Positions 1-11,541 of a DNA stretch of 64,000 bases are shown piece after piece. The stretch's first letter is position 1; each line of letters begins with the position of its first letter. The notes under the pieces were generated by a model, which made no database searches, was not told where the DNA came from, and saw nothing but the letters and a program-made list of their open reading frames with translations. The DNA is from Macrostomum lignano (taxonomy: Eukaryota): contig NIVC01001722.1 in the NCBI GenBank assembly GCA_002269645.1, positions 98,072-162,071 of the forward strand, written 5' to 3'. Both the position numbers and the translations under genes were made by a program.

Positions 1-683
1 GCACCTTCTAGATCAGTCTGAACAATGATAGCAAGTCTTATAACAGACAACAGATTATATCACAATGATTATACTTGTTCAGGGCCTACAACTCTATCTG
101 CTTTTGAATTTTAAATTTTGCATTTTGGGTAAATGGCAGGAATAAATACAAGTATAACTATATTATTAAGGCCAAATGCCTCATCATCTAATTAGTACTA
201 TGTGTAGATTACTTGTTTTTTTCCAGGTGAGCATTTTTGCAACATATTGTTTGGCCCCTTGCCAACTAGCTAGATTGGTCAGCTTGGCTAGGTGTTGCGC
301 ATGTATGATCTTTGAAGTCCCTTTAGTCTGCCAAGGCACAAACTAAAAGAAAAATGTCTAGCTAAGAGTTTTATAGTCAAAGACATATATACCTTGGCAT
401 TTGGTACAAAAAATCCTATGATGATTGTAGCTAACTTCGTAGAGTTCTTTCTAATAGCCCATACAACATAATATAAACCAAATTTTATTAACTAAAGCTT
501 AAAATTACATACAAAGAACTAAACTTTCATGTATTTTAAAGACAATAGGTCAAAAAAGCTACCTTTTTAGCTTTTTAATGATATAATAGCTGCATTGCAA
601 TTTTTCAACTTTAAATCAAATATCTGTTGCCCTATAAATTCCATATTGGAAAACAAGATTGCAAGAGCTATAAAAGACCTATT

Positions 684-2014
684 TACAAGAGCTGCTTAAT
701 AAGTTCGCGGATAATCCCATTTCCCTTTGCCCAATTCTCAAAATTTGACACTTCCCCCAAATTTTCATAAAAGCTGTGCAAATTTTAGCTTGATTGGCCT
801 AAAATGCTGTGATGCAATGGCCAAAGAAGCAGTGAAACTCCGCAGGTTGCGCTGAGTCTCATTAATCGAGATAGACTAGTCGCAATTCTTGTCCAATTTC
901 GTCTTGGCTTGTCCGCTTCTGAGTGCGTGCAGATGCTTCAAGCAGCCTTGGCAATGAAGCCCCATCTCTGACAATGGTCCACAAGTGGTTTGCTTACTTT
1001 CGCTGCGGCTCTGTGTCTAAACAACAATGACTGGGAAGGTTGTACAAATGTAGCCATTACTGACACAACTGTGGCCGCTGTCTGGAGGCTGCTGGACGAG
1101 GACAGACACATAACAGTTCGAGAGCTCGAGAAAAGTGTGGGGATTTCGGATTCAAGCATCGTTTCCATCTTGCACGATCACCTCGGCATGAGGAAGGTGT
1201 CTGCGCTGGGTCCCCCACAACCTGGACCCAAACCAGATGCGGGCTCGGGTCGAGTTCTCGAACTTCATGCTCGAAAAGTTCGACGCAGGAGCTTCAAAAC
1301 TGGTGGATAACATCATCACTGGTGACAAAACCTGGGTCTACTTGTATGACCAGAAACCAAAGAGCAGAGCCGGCAGTGGATCGCAAGAGAAGAGGACGCG
1401 CCCATCAAGTTTCGTCGCAAGCGAAGCATCGGGAAAGTCATGGTGGCAGTTTTCTTCAGATGATGCGGCATCCTGCCACCCGTGCTGCTCAAGGATGGCG
1501 CCACAGTGACCGGTGAATGGTACTCAACCGTCTGTCTGCCACAAGTGCTCAAAAGTCTCGCTCAGCAGCGTCCAAAGACGAGAGAACGTGGGATTCTGCT
1601 GCATCACAACAATGCACCTGCACACTGTGCCAGGGTGACCCAGCAGTTTCTCCAGTCGACTCAGCTGACGCTGCTGCCACATCTGGCTTACTTACCAGAC
1701 CTCGCGCCCTCTGACTTTTTCCTCTTTCCAGGATCAAGAAGAACTTGAAGGGAAAGCGATTTGGTTGCCGTCAAGAGCTGGAAAATGCGCTGAGAACTGA
1801 GCTGGAGAGTGTCTCACAGCTGGAATTGAGAGCTGTTTTAAAGCTTGGTTTCATTGCATGAAAAAATGCATGGAATTGGCTGGAAATTATGTTGAGAAAC
1901 TTCATTAGGTTACTGCTTATGCAGGTAAAATTTTGGGCAAATCAGATGAGCAGAAATGGGATTTTCCATGAACTTATTAAGTTATATAAGTTATAATTAT
2001 AAGCAGCCCTCATA
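684..2014 (+). mobile_element. Degenerate mariner (Tc1/mariner, DD34D-type) transposon, ~1.33 kb
   Basis: Three frameshifted ORF pieces (990-1310, 1237-1509, 1482-1748) carry the mariner HTH (DRHITVRELEKSVGIS..ILHDHLGMRKVSA), ITGDKTW, LHHNNAPAH and YLPDLAPSDFFLFP. TIRs are TA-caagagctgcttaataagttc..ggataatcccattt (684-722) and its inverse at ~1966-2014, both ending in TA. Confidence 0.93.
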
Positions 2015-2965
2015 TAGCAAAAAATATGCCTCCATGGCTTATCAAATGCCCAGGGAATAAAATTATATTTACTCCTTAAAATGTATATATCAAGGTCTAG
2101 AGTTATATGTGTATACATTAGGAGCAAAAATTCCTATGAAAACAAGTAGCTATTGAGAAAAAAGTATAATTATACATAAATATACATGTTTAACTAACTT
2201 AAAAACATAAAGTTTTCACTAGTCAATAAAGTTTTAATTTTTGGTCTTGTGGTAATCTACTAATGGAATTGCCCTTTAGCACAGTTTTATAGTGGCAATT
2301 CTCTTCTTTATATAAACTTTAATATCTTTTAAATCAGACAATGGAAACAAAAGTTACAAACTAAAATGTAGTAGCAGTTTGACTATAGACCTATAGTAAG
2401 TTAACAAGCTAGAAAAGTTTTGAAGTGGAAGCTGATAAATGGGTAACTGGCTGCAGTAAATGTGTAAAAATGACTATAGTAAGTAATTGCATTAGACCCA
2501 TGCGCTAATAAAAATTGCGCATAAATCTTGGCTACACTTTGCTCTATCCTCCAAAGGGTATAAATCTCACTCCCCTGAGCAACACTTGAATGCAAATCTA
2601 TGATTTTTGATGCAACAAAAATGGGGAACAAAAAGCAATGAAGCTGAAGCCCAATGGGAAATATTCTACTGCTTTAAAAGTTTTATGGTTCTATAAGTTT
2701 TTCCATAGATCTCTCTTTGAATCAAAGTTGATTCTTATAAATCAAAAGTCATAAGTCCTCTTTGACGACAGGTACAAAGCCATCATAAACAGCAGTACAT
2801 TTAGAACTTTTTTACAAGTTTATTACCACTATAAAATTATGCTATTGCAATGACAATATGGATTATCTGATATGCTTCAGCCAATCATAATTACTTTTTT
2901 TCTACTTTTCAGAGCAATTTCCGCTGAGCTTTTGTTTTACTTAAATTGCTTAATTAGTTGAAGCA

Positions 2966-4999
2966 ATGTCCGCCGCTAAGCGAGTCAGCTCCACAGCTGT
3001 GAACTGGGCCCGTCTGGCCCAGCACACCCCCGCCCAGCAGGCTGACGCTATGCGTTCTGTGCGCTCCCGTTGCGAGACTCTGGTTGCCAAGGTCAACAGT
3101 TTGCCAGCCGAGAAGCCGGCCATTGACTGGGCCCACTTCTCCAAGACTGTGCCAGCGCCAGGTCTGGTAGACAAATTTCGCAAAGAGTACGAGGCTTTCA
3201 AGGTTTGTGAGGGCTGTGTGCTGCCGCTTGGACTGGTTGCTAGGGGAGACAACTGCTTATGGTTGCTAGGGTGGAGAACTGGTAGTTAGAGGGAGAGAAC
3301 TGTTTGCAAGGTGAAGAGGACTAGTAGCTAGGCGGGGGATTGGTAGCTAGGGGGTGACTGATTGCTACTGGAGACGGTATTGGTTTCTAGGGGCGAGGAC
3401 TGGTTGCTAGGGGAGATAGTACTGGTTGCTGGGGTCGAAAATTGATTGCTAGGGTGAGAGGATTGGTAACTAGGGGGGTGACTGGTTGCTAGGGGGAGGA
3501 TTGCTAGCTAGGGGGAGATGACTGGTAGCTAAGTGAGTTGGTAGCTAGAGCAGAGGACTGGTAGCTAAGTGAGTTGGTAGCTAGAGCAAAGGACTGGTAG
3601 CTAAGTGAGTTGGTAGCTAGAGCAGAGGACTGGTAGCTAAGAGAGTTGGTAGCTAGAGCAGAGGACTGGTAGCTAGAGCAGAGGACTGGTAGCTAGAGCA
3701 GAGGATTGGTAGCTAAGAGAGTTGGTAGCTAGAGCAGAGGACTGGTAGCTAAGAGAGTTGGTAGCTAGAGCAGAGGACTGGTAGCTAAGAGAGTTGGTAG
3801 CTAGAGCAGAGGACTGGTAGCTAAGAGAGTTGGTAGCTAGAGCAGAGGACTGGTAGCTAAGAGAGTTGGTAGCTAGAGCAGAGGACTGGTAGCTAAGAGA
3901 GTTGGTAGCTAGAGCAGAGGACTGGTAGCTAAGAGAGTTGGTAGCTAGAGCAGAGGACTGGTAGCTAAGAGAGTTGGTAGCTAGAGCAGAGGACTGGTAG
4001 CTAAGAGAGTTGGTAGCTAGAGCAGAGGACTGGTAGCTAAGAGAGTTGGTAGCTAGAGCAGAGGACTGGTAGCTAGAGCAGAGGACTGGTAGCTAGAGCA
4101 GAGGACTGGTAGCTAAGAGAGTTGGTAGCTAGAGCAGAGGACTGGTAGCTAAGAGAGTTGGTAGCTAGAGCAGAGGACTGGTAGCTAGAGCAGAGGACTG
4201 GTAGCTAAGAGAGTTGGTAGCTAGAGCAGAGGACTGGTAGCTAGAGCAGAGGACTGGTAGCTAGAGCAGAGGACTGGTAGCTAAGAGAGTTGGTAGCTAG
4301 AGCAGAGGACTGGTAGCTAAGAGAGTTGGTAGCTAGAGCAGAGGACTGGTAGCTAAGAGAGTTGGTAGCTAGAGCAGAGGACTGGTAGCTAAGAGAGTTG
4401 GTAGCTAGAGCAGAGGACTGGTAGCTAAGAGAGTTGGTAGCTAGAGCAGAGGACTGGTAGCTAAGAGTTGGTAGCTAGAGCAGAGGACTGGTAGCTAAGT
4501 TGATCGTGAATCGGTCAGTGATGACGGAATTAAACGGGCAGTCTGGTTTAGCCACAGATACTAGAATAACACAGATTAACACAATTATTCCACAGATACT
4601 AGAATAACTAGTTATTCTAGTATCTGTGGGTTTAGCTAGACCTTCCCAATGCCGCTCAAGACCACCGGCTCCAACCTGTCACAGGTGCCGTACCCGCGCG
4701 ACACGGAGGGCTGGCACGAGCTGATTGACGAGCAGCAGAAGCGTCAAAGCGAGATTCTGTCTAAGAGCCAGGCCCTCCTAACCGAGGTGCACGACGCCGC
4801 CAACTCCTACCTGAAGACTCTGGACGAGAAGATTCCGCCCAGAGACGAGTGGACCATGGAGATGTTGTGCCTGTACTTCCCCGGCACCCTGTTCGACGCC
4901 AACAATCCGGACTTCAACAGGACGCCGAACCTGCCAGAGTACACCGAGGCTCCTAACAAGAACCGAGTCCCTGGCACCGGCCTGCTGAGCAAGCTGTGA
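2966..4999 (+). CDS. ATP5PD: Mitochondrial ATP synthase subunit d; exons 2966-3202 and 4685-4999 (183 aa)
   Basis: Motifs VNW..LA, LPAEKPAIDWAHF, GLVDKFRKEYEAFK|VPYP and DEWTMEM are typical of subunit d. The GT (3203) to AG (4684) intron joins phase 0. Confidence 0.92.
3228..4500 (+). repeat. Intronic minisatellite, 36-bp unit gactggtagctaagagagttggtagctagagcagag with 20-bp variants and a degenerate 5' edge
   Basis: Directly visible tandem array filling the ATP5PD intron. Confidence 0.95.
4590..4629. other. Perfect 40-bp palindrome; its left arm is also repeated at 4552-4570
   Basis: ccacagatactagaataact|agttattctagtatctgtgg is its own reverse complement. Confidence 0.95.
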
Positions 5000-5564
5000 A
5001 GTTGAATGCTTGTTGCAAAAACGCGCAACTGACTACTGATTAGTAGATGTCGGCCATCCCTATGCTGCAGAAAATATCAATATACAGTACAATATATGTT
5101 ATGGAAGATTGCCTGCCACCACTGCAAAGCTTTGCTATCTCCAGGTCTAGTAATTAGGTTTGTTTCGGGTCTCTCATCAGTGCATAGTTAGTAGGTTTAA
5201 TTCAATTTTCAGTAGCAATTCTTATTTTAATAGATCTTATCAACTAGTAAGTTTGTTGTTTTGCAAAACCACGCAAACTTATTTTTTTTGCTTACTATTT
5301 AGCGCACTTCTCCGCAACTTGTCATCTAAATAACTCTTAGAAGATAAAAAATATAATTATGAATAAATTTGGCAACTTTGAAGCAACTAGCAAAAATATG
5401 GTTTGAATGGTAACATCTTTTTATTATTCAATTTTTTGCGAGTCCTGCGTATATCAAGTTTCCTTGTTTTTTAATGACATGCCGCTTAGGGTGCCCTATA
5501 ATACTATTAGTAGCCTTTAAACCAAAGTTGAACTGCTCGGGGTGGCTTTGGTCTCGTTTCTGAA

Positions 5565-8380
5565 CAGTAGAAAGACCACGCTATTTTTCCCCATGGGGAA
5601 ACACCACGGGGTGTATTTCAAATACACACGACCCATTTTACGATAGCTCGCAAACCGAATAACCGATTTTCGTAAAAGTCCACCATTTGGATCAGAATTT
5701 TCCGCCCTTTCCGACGAACCAACTTTCAAAGTCATCCGACGTCAGCATCAAGGTATTCAACTATTCTTGTCGAAGACACTGGTGGCAAGGACAACCAACA
5801 CTACACTGTATAATAAACCTTTATGATGAATCCATATTGGCTCAATAATTTGGGTCCATCTGTCGTAGAGGCTTTTGTTCTCAGCATCCCAGGCACCAGG
5901 GTCCCCTTCATCACCGTCTGGAGCAGCGGCGGCGACCGTCGGGACCCTCAACAAAAGCACCCGATTGGTATCTCAGAGACGGCTGCGTTCCCAAAACTGG
6001 AATGGAAGAATCCTCTTCTGCATGCAGCATTCAGTCAGTAGACATATTCAGTGAATGAAATGGACGATGGCGACCCTCTAGGCTGACCTGTAGACATACA
6101 GGCGACCTTCGGGACCTTCAACGGAGTGCCACCACGAGGCCCCGACGAGCTGACACCCCCAACATCGTGCTTTTTCTATCAAGGCACCAAACCAGGCATG
6201 TCTGCATATTATACAATGGTCCTAAACCATGTTCAGCATTCAGCTTTGTCTGGACGACCTTCGGGACCTTCAACGAAGTGCCACCACGCGGTCCTGACGA
6301 GCTGGCACCCCTATCATCGTGATTTTTCTATCAAGGCACCAAACATGCAGGTATTCTTTTGCACCATGTTAAATTCGAAACTGCTGAACATCGTCAGCGG
6401 ACTGCCGCAACGGACAAGCTGTACGGCAACGGACGCCTGTTGGACAACTTTGTCAGTCAGCTACGCCATCGTGTTCTTTCCTGGCCGTACCTCTGCGTCG
6501 ACGAAACTCTGGTTGTCTACTGGGGTGTGTGTGGACTGTGACTTCACGGTCTTTCTGAAGGAGAAGCCCGTCGCAATGGTGCCAAGCTGTTCCTGCTGAC
6601 ATCGGCTGGGAATCCAGAGATTCAGGATGACATGGACATCCGCTATGTGTCCAATGCGGAAATCTGCACTGGCAAAGGAACACTGCTGTCCACTACTTTT
6701 GCATCAGAGGAATCCGATGCTCGGCTGGCCAAGGGCTCAGAGGTGTGGAGTGGTGAGCAAGTTGTTTGCCACTTGGCTGATCCATTCAGATGACACTGGT
6801 ACAGGAAATTGGGATTCACGTTTCTTGGAACAGTGATGCGCACTCGTGGTGGCCTGCCAGCCGATCTCAAGAATTCAACTCAAATCATGGCTCCACACAC
6901 AAGCGAATTCCGGTTTTCTGAGGAGCCCACGTGTGTGCCCTACTGCCCCAAGGCGGGCCGAAACGTGATGTTGCTGTCCACCATGCATCACGATAGACAA
7001 TTGCTTCCCAATGGCAAGACTGTAGCAATAGGCACGTACTACAATTCTACCAAGAGTGGCACGGACACCTGCAACAGGATGTTCCGCACATCCGACTGCT
7101 AGCGAAAGTGCGACTCATGCGAGAAGGCAATCTTCTCCGGCGGCGTACTCAACATAGCAGCTGTGAATGCCGCTGCTATCTGAAGACTGGCGCACCCGGA
7201 GCTCTGCACCTCGCCGACTATCGCAACGAGTTCCAGCGCAAGGCAGTTGCGCAACTTCTGCAACCTCTGATCGAGGAGCGCTCGCAATCAGCCGCTCTTC
7301 TTCAGAATCTGTCCAATCATCACCGGCTGATGTTCCAGCTCGCAGGTTGTCGAATCAACGACGAGCAAATGAAGGAACAGGCACGTGAAGCGGCGGCTGT
7401 GGTGTCAGTTGGTGGCAGAAAGCGCTGTGCAACATGCGCGAGACAAAAGTCAAAGGACGAGAAGCGTGCCTTGAGTGCGACCACAAGGAAGTGTTGCATG
7501 TGTGACGAAGGAATTTGCCGAAGACACACTGCGATGGAAGAGACAGTGAGTCACCATTACTGCGCACGTTGTGCACCAAATTAAATAGTGCCAATTGACT
7601 CCGCTTTTGTGTCTATGTGTCGGTGTTTAGATCCTTCCGCTCTGAATATGCTGTAATATCATTTTGGACAAATTAAATATTTTATATTCTTCAGGCGCCA
7701 ATTAAATCTGTAACTCTCCGATTTAACATGGTGCAAAAGCATTGTATAATACGCAGACATGCCTGGTTTGGTGCCTTGATAGAAAAAGCACGATGTTGGG
7801 GGTGTCAGCTCGTCGGGGCCTCGTGGTGGCACTCCGTTGAAGGTCCCGAAGGTCGCCTGTATGTCTACAGGTCAGCCTAGAGGGTCGCCATCGTCCATTT
7901 CATTCACCGATTATGTCTACTGACTGAATGCTGCATGCAGAAGAGGATTGTTCCACTTCAGTTTTGGGAACGCAGCCGTCTCTGAGATAACCGATCGGGT
8001 GCTTTTGTTGAGGGTCCCGACGGTCGCCGCCGCTGCTCCAGACGGTGATGAAGGGGACCCTGGGGCCTGGGATGCTGAGAACAAAGGCCTCTACGACTGA
8101 TATGCATAGTTTGTTAAGCCGACATGGTTTCATGCTGAGATTTTGTGAGCAGAAAATTTCTGCCAATGTTGGTGGTTTTTTGCCACCGGACACCCTGAGG
8201 AGAATCGTTGAATATCTCGACGATGCCGATTTTTCTTGATTCTCAAAGTTGTTTCATCGAATAGAGCGGAAAATTTTAGCCGTGTTCTGTATTTTCATGG
8301 CAATTGTTAGAATATTTTTGGAGATACAGACAAAGGAAAAATGTGTGTATTTGAAATACACCCCCATGGTCTTTCTACTA
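5565..8380 (+). mobile_element. Rearranged non-autonomous piggyBac-like element with long inverted arms
   Basis: Termini tgaa|cagtagaaagacca (5561-5578) and tggtctttctacta|ttaa (8367-8384). Both ends share the subterminal palindrome gtgtatttcaaatacac. 5862-6207 is the reverse complement of 7752-8097. Transposase remnants lie inside. Confidence 0.85.
6370..7584 (+). pseudogene. 5'-truncated, frameshifted piggyBac (PGBD-like) transposase
   Basis: DKL..GRLLDNFV..PYLCVDETLV, FLGTVMR, VMLLSTMH, YYNSTKSGTDTCNRM and a C-terminal Cys-rich domain (KRCATC...KCCMCDEGICRRH..HYCARC) across several frames. Confidence 0.9.
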
Positions 8381-8477
8381 TTAAAGGAAGACGACGTTCT
8401 TCATAAAAAAATTTTACAACCAGCGATTCGAAACCAGGGAAGCCTTTTCTGTTCTTGTCGGTCAAATGTCCTGGGAG

Positions 8478-8598
8478 CGCGAGATTTTCCCACAGGAGGA
8501 TTCCCCGCAGGAAGCTTTCCTACAGGAGGGTTCCCCGCAGGAAGCTTTCCTACAGGAGGTTCCCCACAGGAAGCTTTCCTACAGGAGGGTTCCCCGCG
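8478..8598 (+). repeat. 30-bp tandem repeat (ccccgcaggaagctttcctacaggagggtt), ~4 copies
   Basis: Directly visible. Confidence 0.85.
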
Positions 8599-9289
8599 AG
8601 AATTAGGGTTTGCTTTTGTAGTTTCTCTAATGGTAAGAAACTTTAGCGAAGAAAGAGAACGGGTTCATTCGACCCATTTTTCTAAACTTAGCAGTGTTCT
8701 GTCAGGTGTTAATCTTTTAGTATCCTTTGAAATATAACATTGTTTCCGTTAGCAGTTCCTTATGTCTGTCGACCGAAAACCTAGCGCACATTCTCTCTAC
8801 GAAGGCCTTCACACGGAACTACGAAATCTCCCTTGGGAGAATTTTCCCATAGTCAGAATCACGAGAAACCTCAGCAGCCTCTTAGCTCAATTGAGTCCAC
8901 TCTCTATATTTATCTGCCCCTGGGCAGCGCCCCGCAGTGCCTGAGAGTGGAAGGAGTTTCACATGGAGTAGCGGCGCCTTCTGAACGTTAAGAGCTCGGG
9001 ATTAAAGAATTGGAAATTTTCTGGCTTATTGGCCTCTCAGCTCCTCTTCTTTAAACCCCGCCTGTTTTCTGGCGCTGTCTTGGTCTATGGAATACCACTG
9101 ATAGTGATGTTGAAGCTTAGAGCTGGGAGCCTTTGTTTTATTATTCCCCTGGTCCTCAGTTGTTTCGGGGTGGTCTGCGTCGAAAGGTCTTACCTCGAGA
9201 ATGTGTGTTTCCTCTTACGAGTACGTAGTCTCTACACAATGCCCAGTCATGAAAAGCTAAAGCAGAAGACGATACACTCTTCTTGACTG

Positions 9290-9860
9290 GTGATGGTCGC
9301 TCGCCCGGTAGCCCTTAGGTAGCGGATGAGCTGACAGAGATTCTCGGGCCGGAAAACGTCAGAGGGTTTGGGTCGAGGTAGGTGAGCTTGTCTTAAGTAA
9401 AGGCGGGGCATTCGCAGATGAAGTGCTCCGCATTCGCAACACAGAAGGGGCATTCTTTGCTACGGATTTTTCCCTGGAAGTAAGGATGTCTGGCGAAACA
9501 GGTAGGGCCCGTGAGGGCCATGGTTAATCTGAATCCCTGATGTCCCTGCGGTTGAGTCTAAGCAGGGCCCGTGAGGGCCATGGTTAATCTGAATCCCTGA
9601 TGTCCCAGCGGTTGAGTCTAAGCAGGGCCCTGCGGAGGGCGGGCGGACAGGGGACAGCCGCACGGGATTGCCGGCAGTCTGGTCGAGCCAGCCTTGACCA
9701 GACGATCGACCAACTCGAGCTTTGGGACACCTTGTTGGATGCGCTTAAGCGTTTAAGCTGCGCGTTGCAGTCGAGGACTGTACGCGAGCAGGTGGTGTTG
9801 CCCTCAAGGGCATGGATCGCCGCTTGACTGTCTGGTTGTCTGGAGGATGATCGTACCAAA
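9290..9860 (-). mobile_element. Non-LTR retrotransposon 3' fragment (RNase H-bearing I/Loa-type) with a 60-bp internal duplication
   Basis: Minus-strand remnants: RNase H-like DSQAAIHAL..SRTVLDC..L..L...NKV, then W...CRQ..LLRLNR.DIR, then the terminal zinc knuckle CPFC..EHFICECPA..RQAHL...LIRYLRATGR. All are frameshifted. Confidence 0.8.
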
Positions 9861-10899
9861 AACTCGCTGATAACAATCGCAAATCACGGGTGCAAATTTC
9901 TCTGAAGGCATCTTTTTTATTCTTAGCGCTAGTATTGATAAATCTATCAAAAGTTTTTACCTTGGGGGGGGGGTGGGGCAGACAAAGAATCTTGCTTATG
10001 GCTGCGGGCCAGATGAGAGAAAAAGGAGAGGCGAGAGAGATGGGAGAAGAGCGTGGAGATGAGATGGAAGGAGAGAAGAGAGGTGAGATGAGATGAGACC
10101 AACCTTAAGCGGGCCACATTGCTGTTGCGAAGTTTCAAGAACCCGAAGGCCGGATAGAGAGGCTTCGAAGGATGAAGTTTGCCGACCCCTGCACTAAATC
10201 TACCATTCACAGAGGCTGCACTCACAAGGTTATCAAGCTGATTTTCGTGAAATTCTGCCGGAGAAAGGTCCCGGCAAAATTTCAGTTTTTCTTTTTATGT
10301 ATTTTTTCTAGACAGTTCGACCGGATTTGTCTATGGCAAAACCCTATTCATTGCTATGCAGAAAAGTAAATATTCGAGAAATCTTGTCTATGTATACAAA
10401 CTTACAGACTAAGGTAAATGGCATTTTAAGCAAACTGCAGGTTACTGTTACTTCAGTCTCTCTGTTCCTCTTTTTAGCTTCATCTCGTTCGAATCAACAA
10501 AAACGAGTCCCTCAAAGCCTGAGAGGACTTCGATTTTCCCCATTCACCTGACGTCTCCATCGCCTTTGCTATCGACTATTTCTGGCGAGTGCCTGCATGC
10601 AATATGATGCAGTTGCAGTGACGCCCTGGCTGGACTGCAGGCTCGCATGCTAGCATGTAGACATGTATGTAGTCTGTCAGGAATTGTAGATGAAAATTCA
10701 CGATTCGCTCAATTTACAACACGCTCAGGTTTCAGTTGCTACTTTGAAACTTATCTCTATATTCGCTTAGGTATTTTTATCACTGAATTTTATCGTCAAG
10801 ATGTCACTTGGACAATCCTGCTGCTGAATTGATTGGTCAATCTGGTCAATATGGCTCCGCTTATCTGCTGGTTACGGATTCATTGTCCTAATCCAGAGC

Positions 10900-11240
10900 A
10901 ATAATAATAATAATAGTAGTTACGCCCCACGCCAGCCACAGAAGTGGCCAAAAGGGGGGAGCGTCAAATCGCGCGTTTCAGAGCTAGGTCTCTAATGTGC
11001 TTCACACCGGCCGCCTGGCTGGGTGCTCGCGCATTTTCAAAAAGGCGGTCGACGTAGCGGGCTGATCGTCCCTGGCCACGCCTGCGCGGTCCCTGCGGGG
11101 TCCACAGCAGGACGTCCTGCAGCGGCTCTGGGCAGTAGGCTTCGGCCCGGATGACATGTCCGGCCAGCCGCAGAGCAACTTTCAGTCACCGTCCGTCCTC
11201 GAATCGCATCCGACACTTGTTGTTGAGCTGCTGGCCCTAC
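10900..11240 (-). mobile_element. RTE/RTE-X-type LINE 3' end with (TTA)n-like tail
   Basis: Minus-strand LRLAGHVIR..VLLWTPQGPRRRGQGR..YVDRL..IRDLALKRAI* (stop 10964-10966), followed by the short simple-repeat tail at 10900-10917. Confidence 0.8.
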
Positions 11241-11366
11241 AAATTCCTGTAAAAATACTGCAAAAGATGGGTTTGAACACTGTTGCTGAACTGAACCGCT
11301 TTAATCCGAACTTTAAAAGGGAGCGTATAGCTCCGATGCGGATTTTAAGCCTGCAGTAAATGACAG

Positions 11367-11372
11367 TTTATT
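11367..11372 (-). terminator. Polyadenylation signal of the neuropeptide gene
   Basis: AATAAA on the minus strand ~170 bp after the stop. Confidence 0.55.
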
Positions 11373-11541
11373 TGTCTTAAGAGTTCACAAAGAGAAACAA
11401 CTTTAGAGAGGACAGTATATGCTATAATACTGGGACACAGTGCAGGCTGCCAGCAAGTCGCCGATAAATTCAGATCAGAACTTGTTTAGTCCCATATACG
11501 CCTGTCTGGCTTGCAAAACTGCAGCAATCCTGCTTAATATA

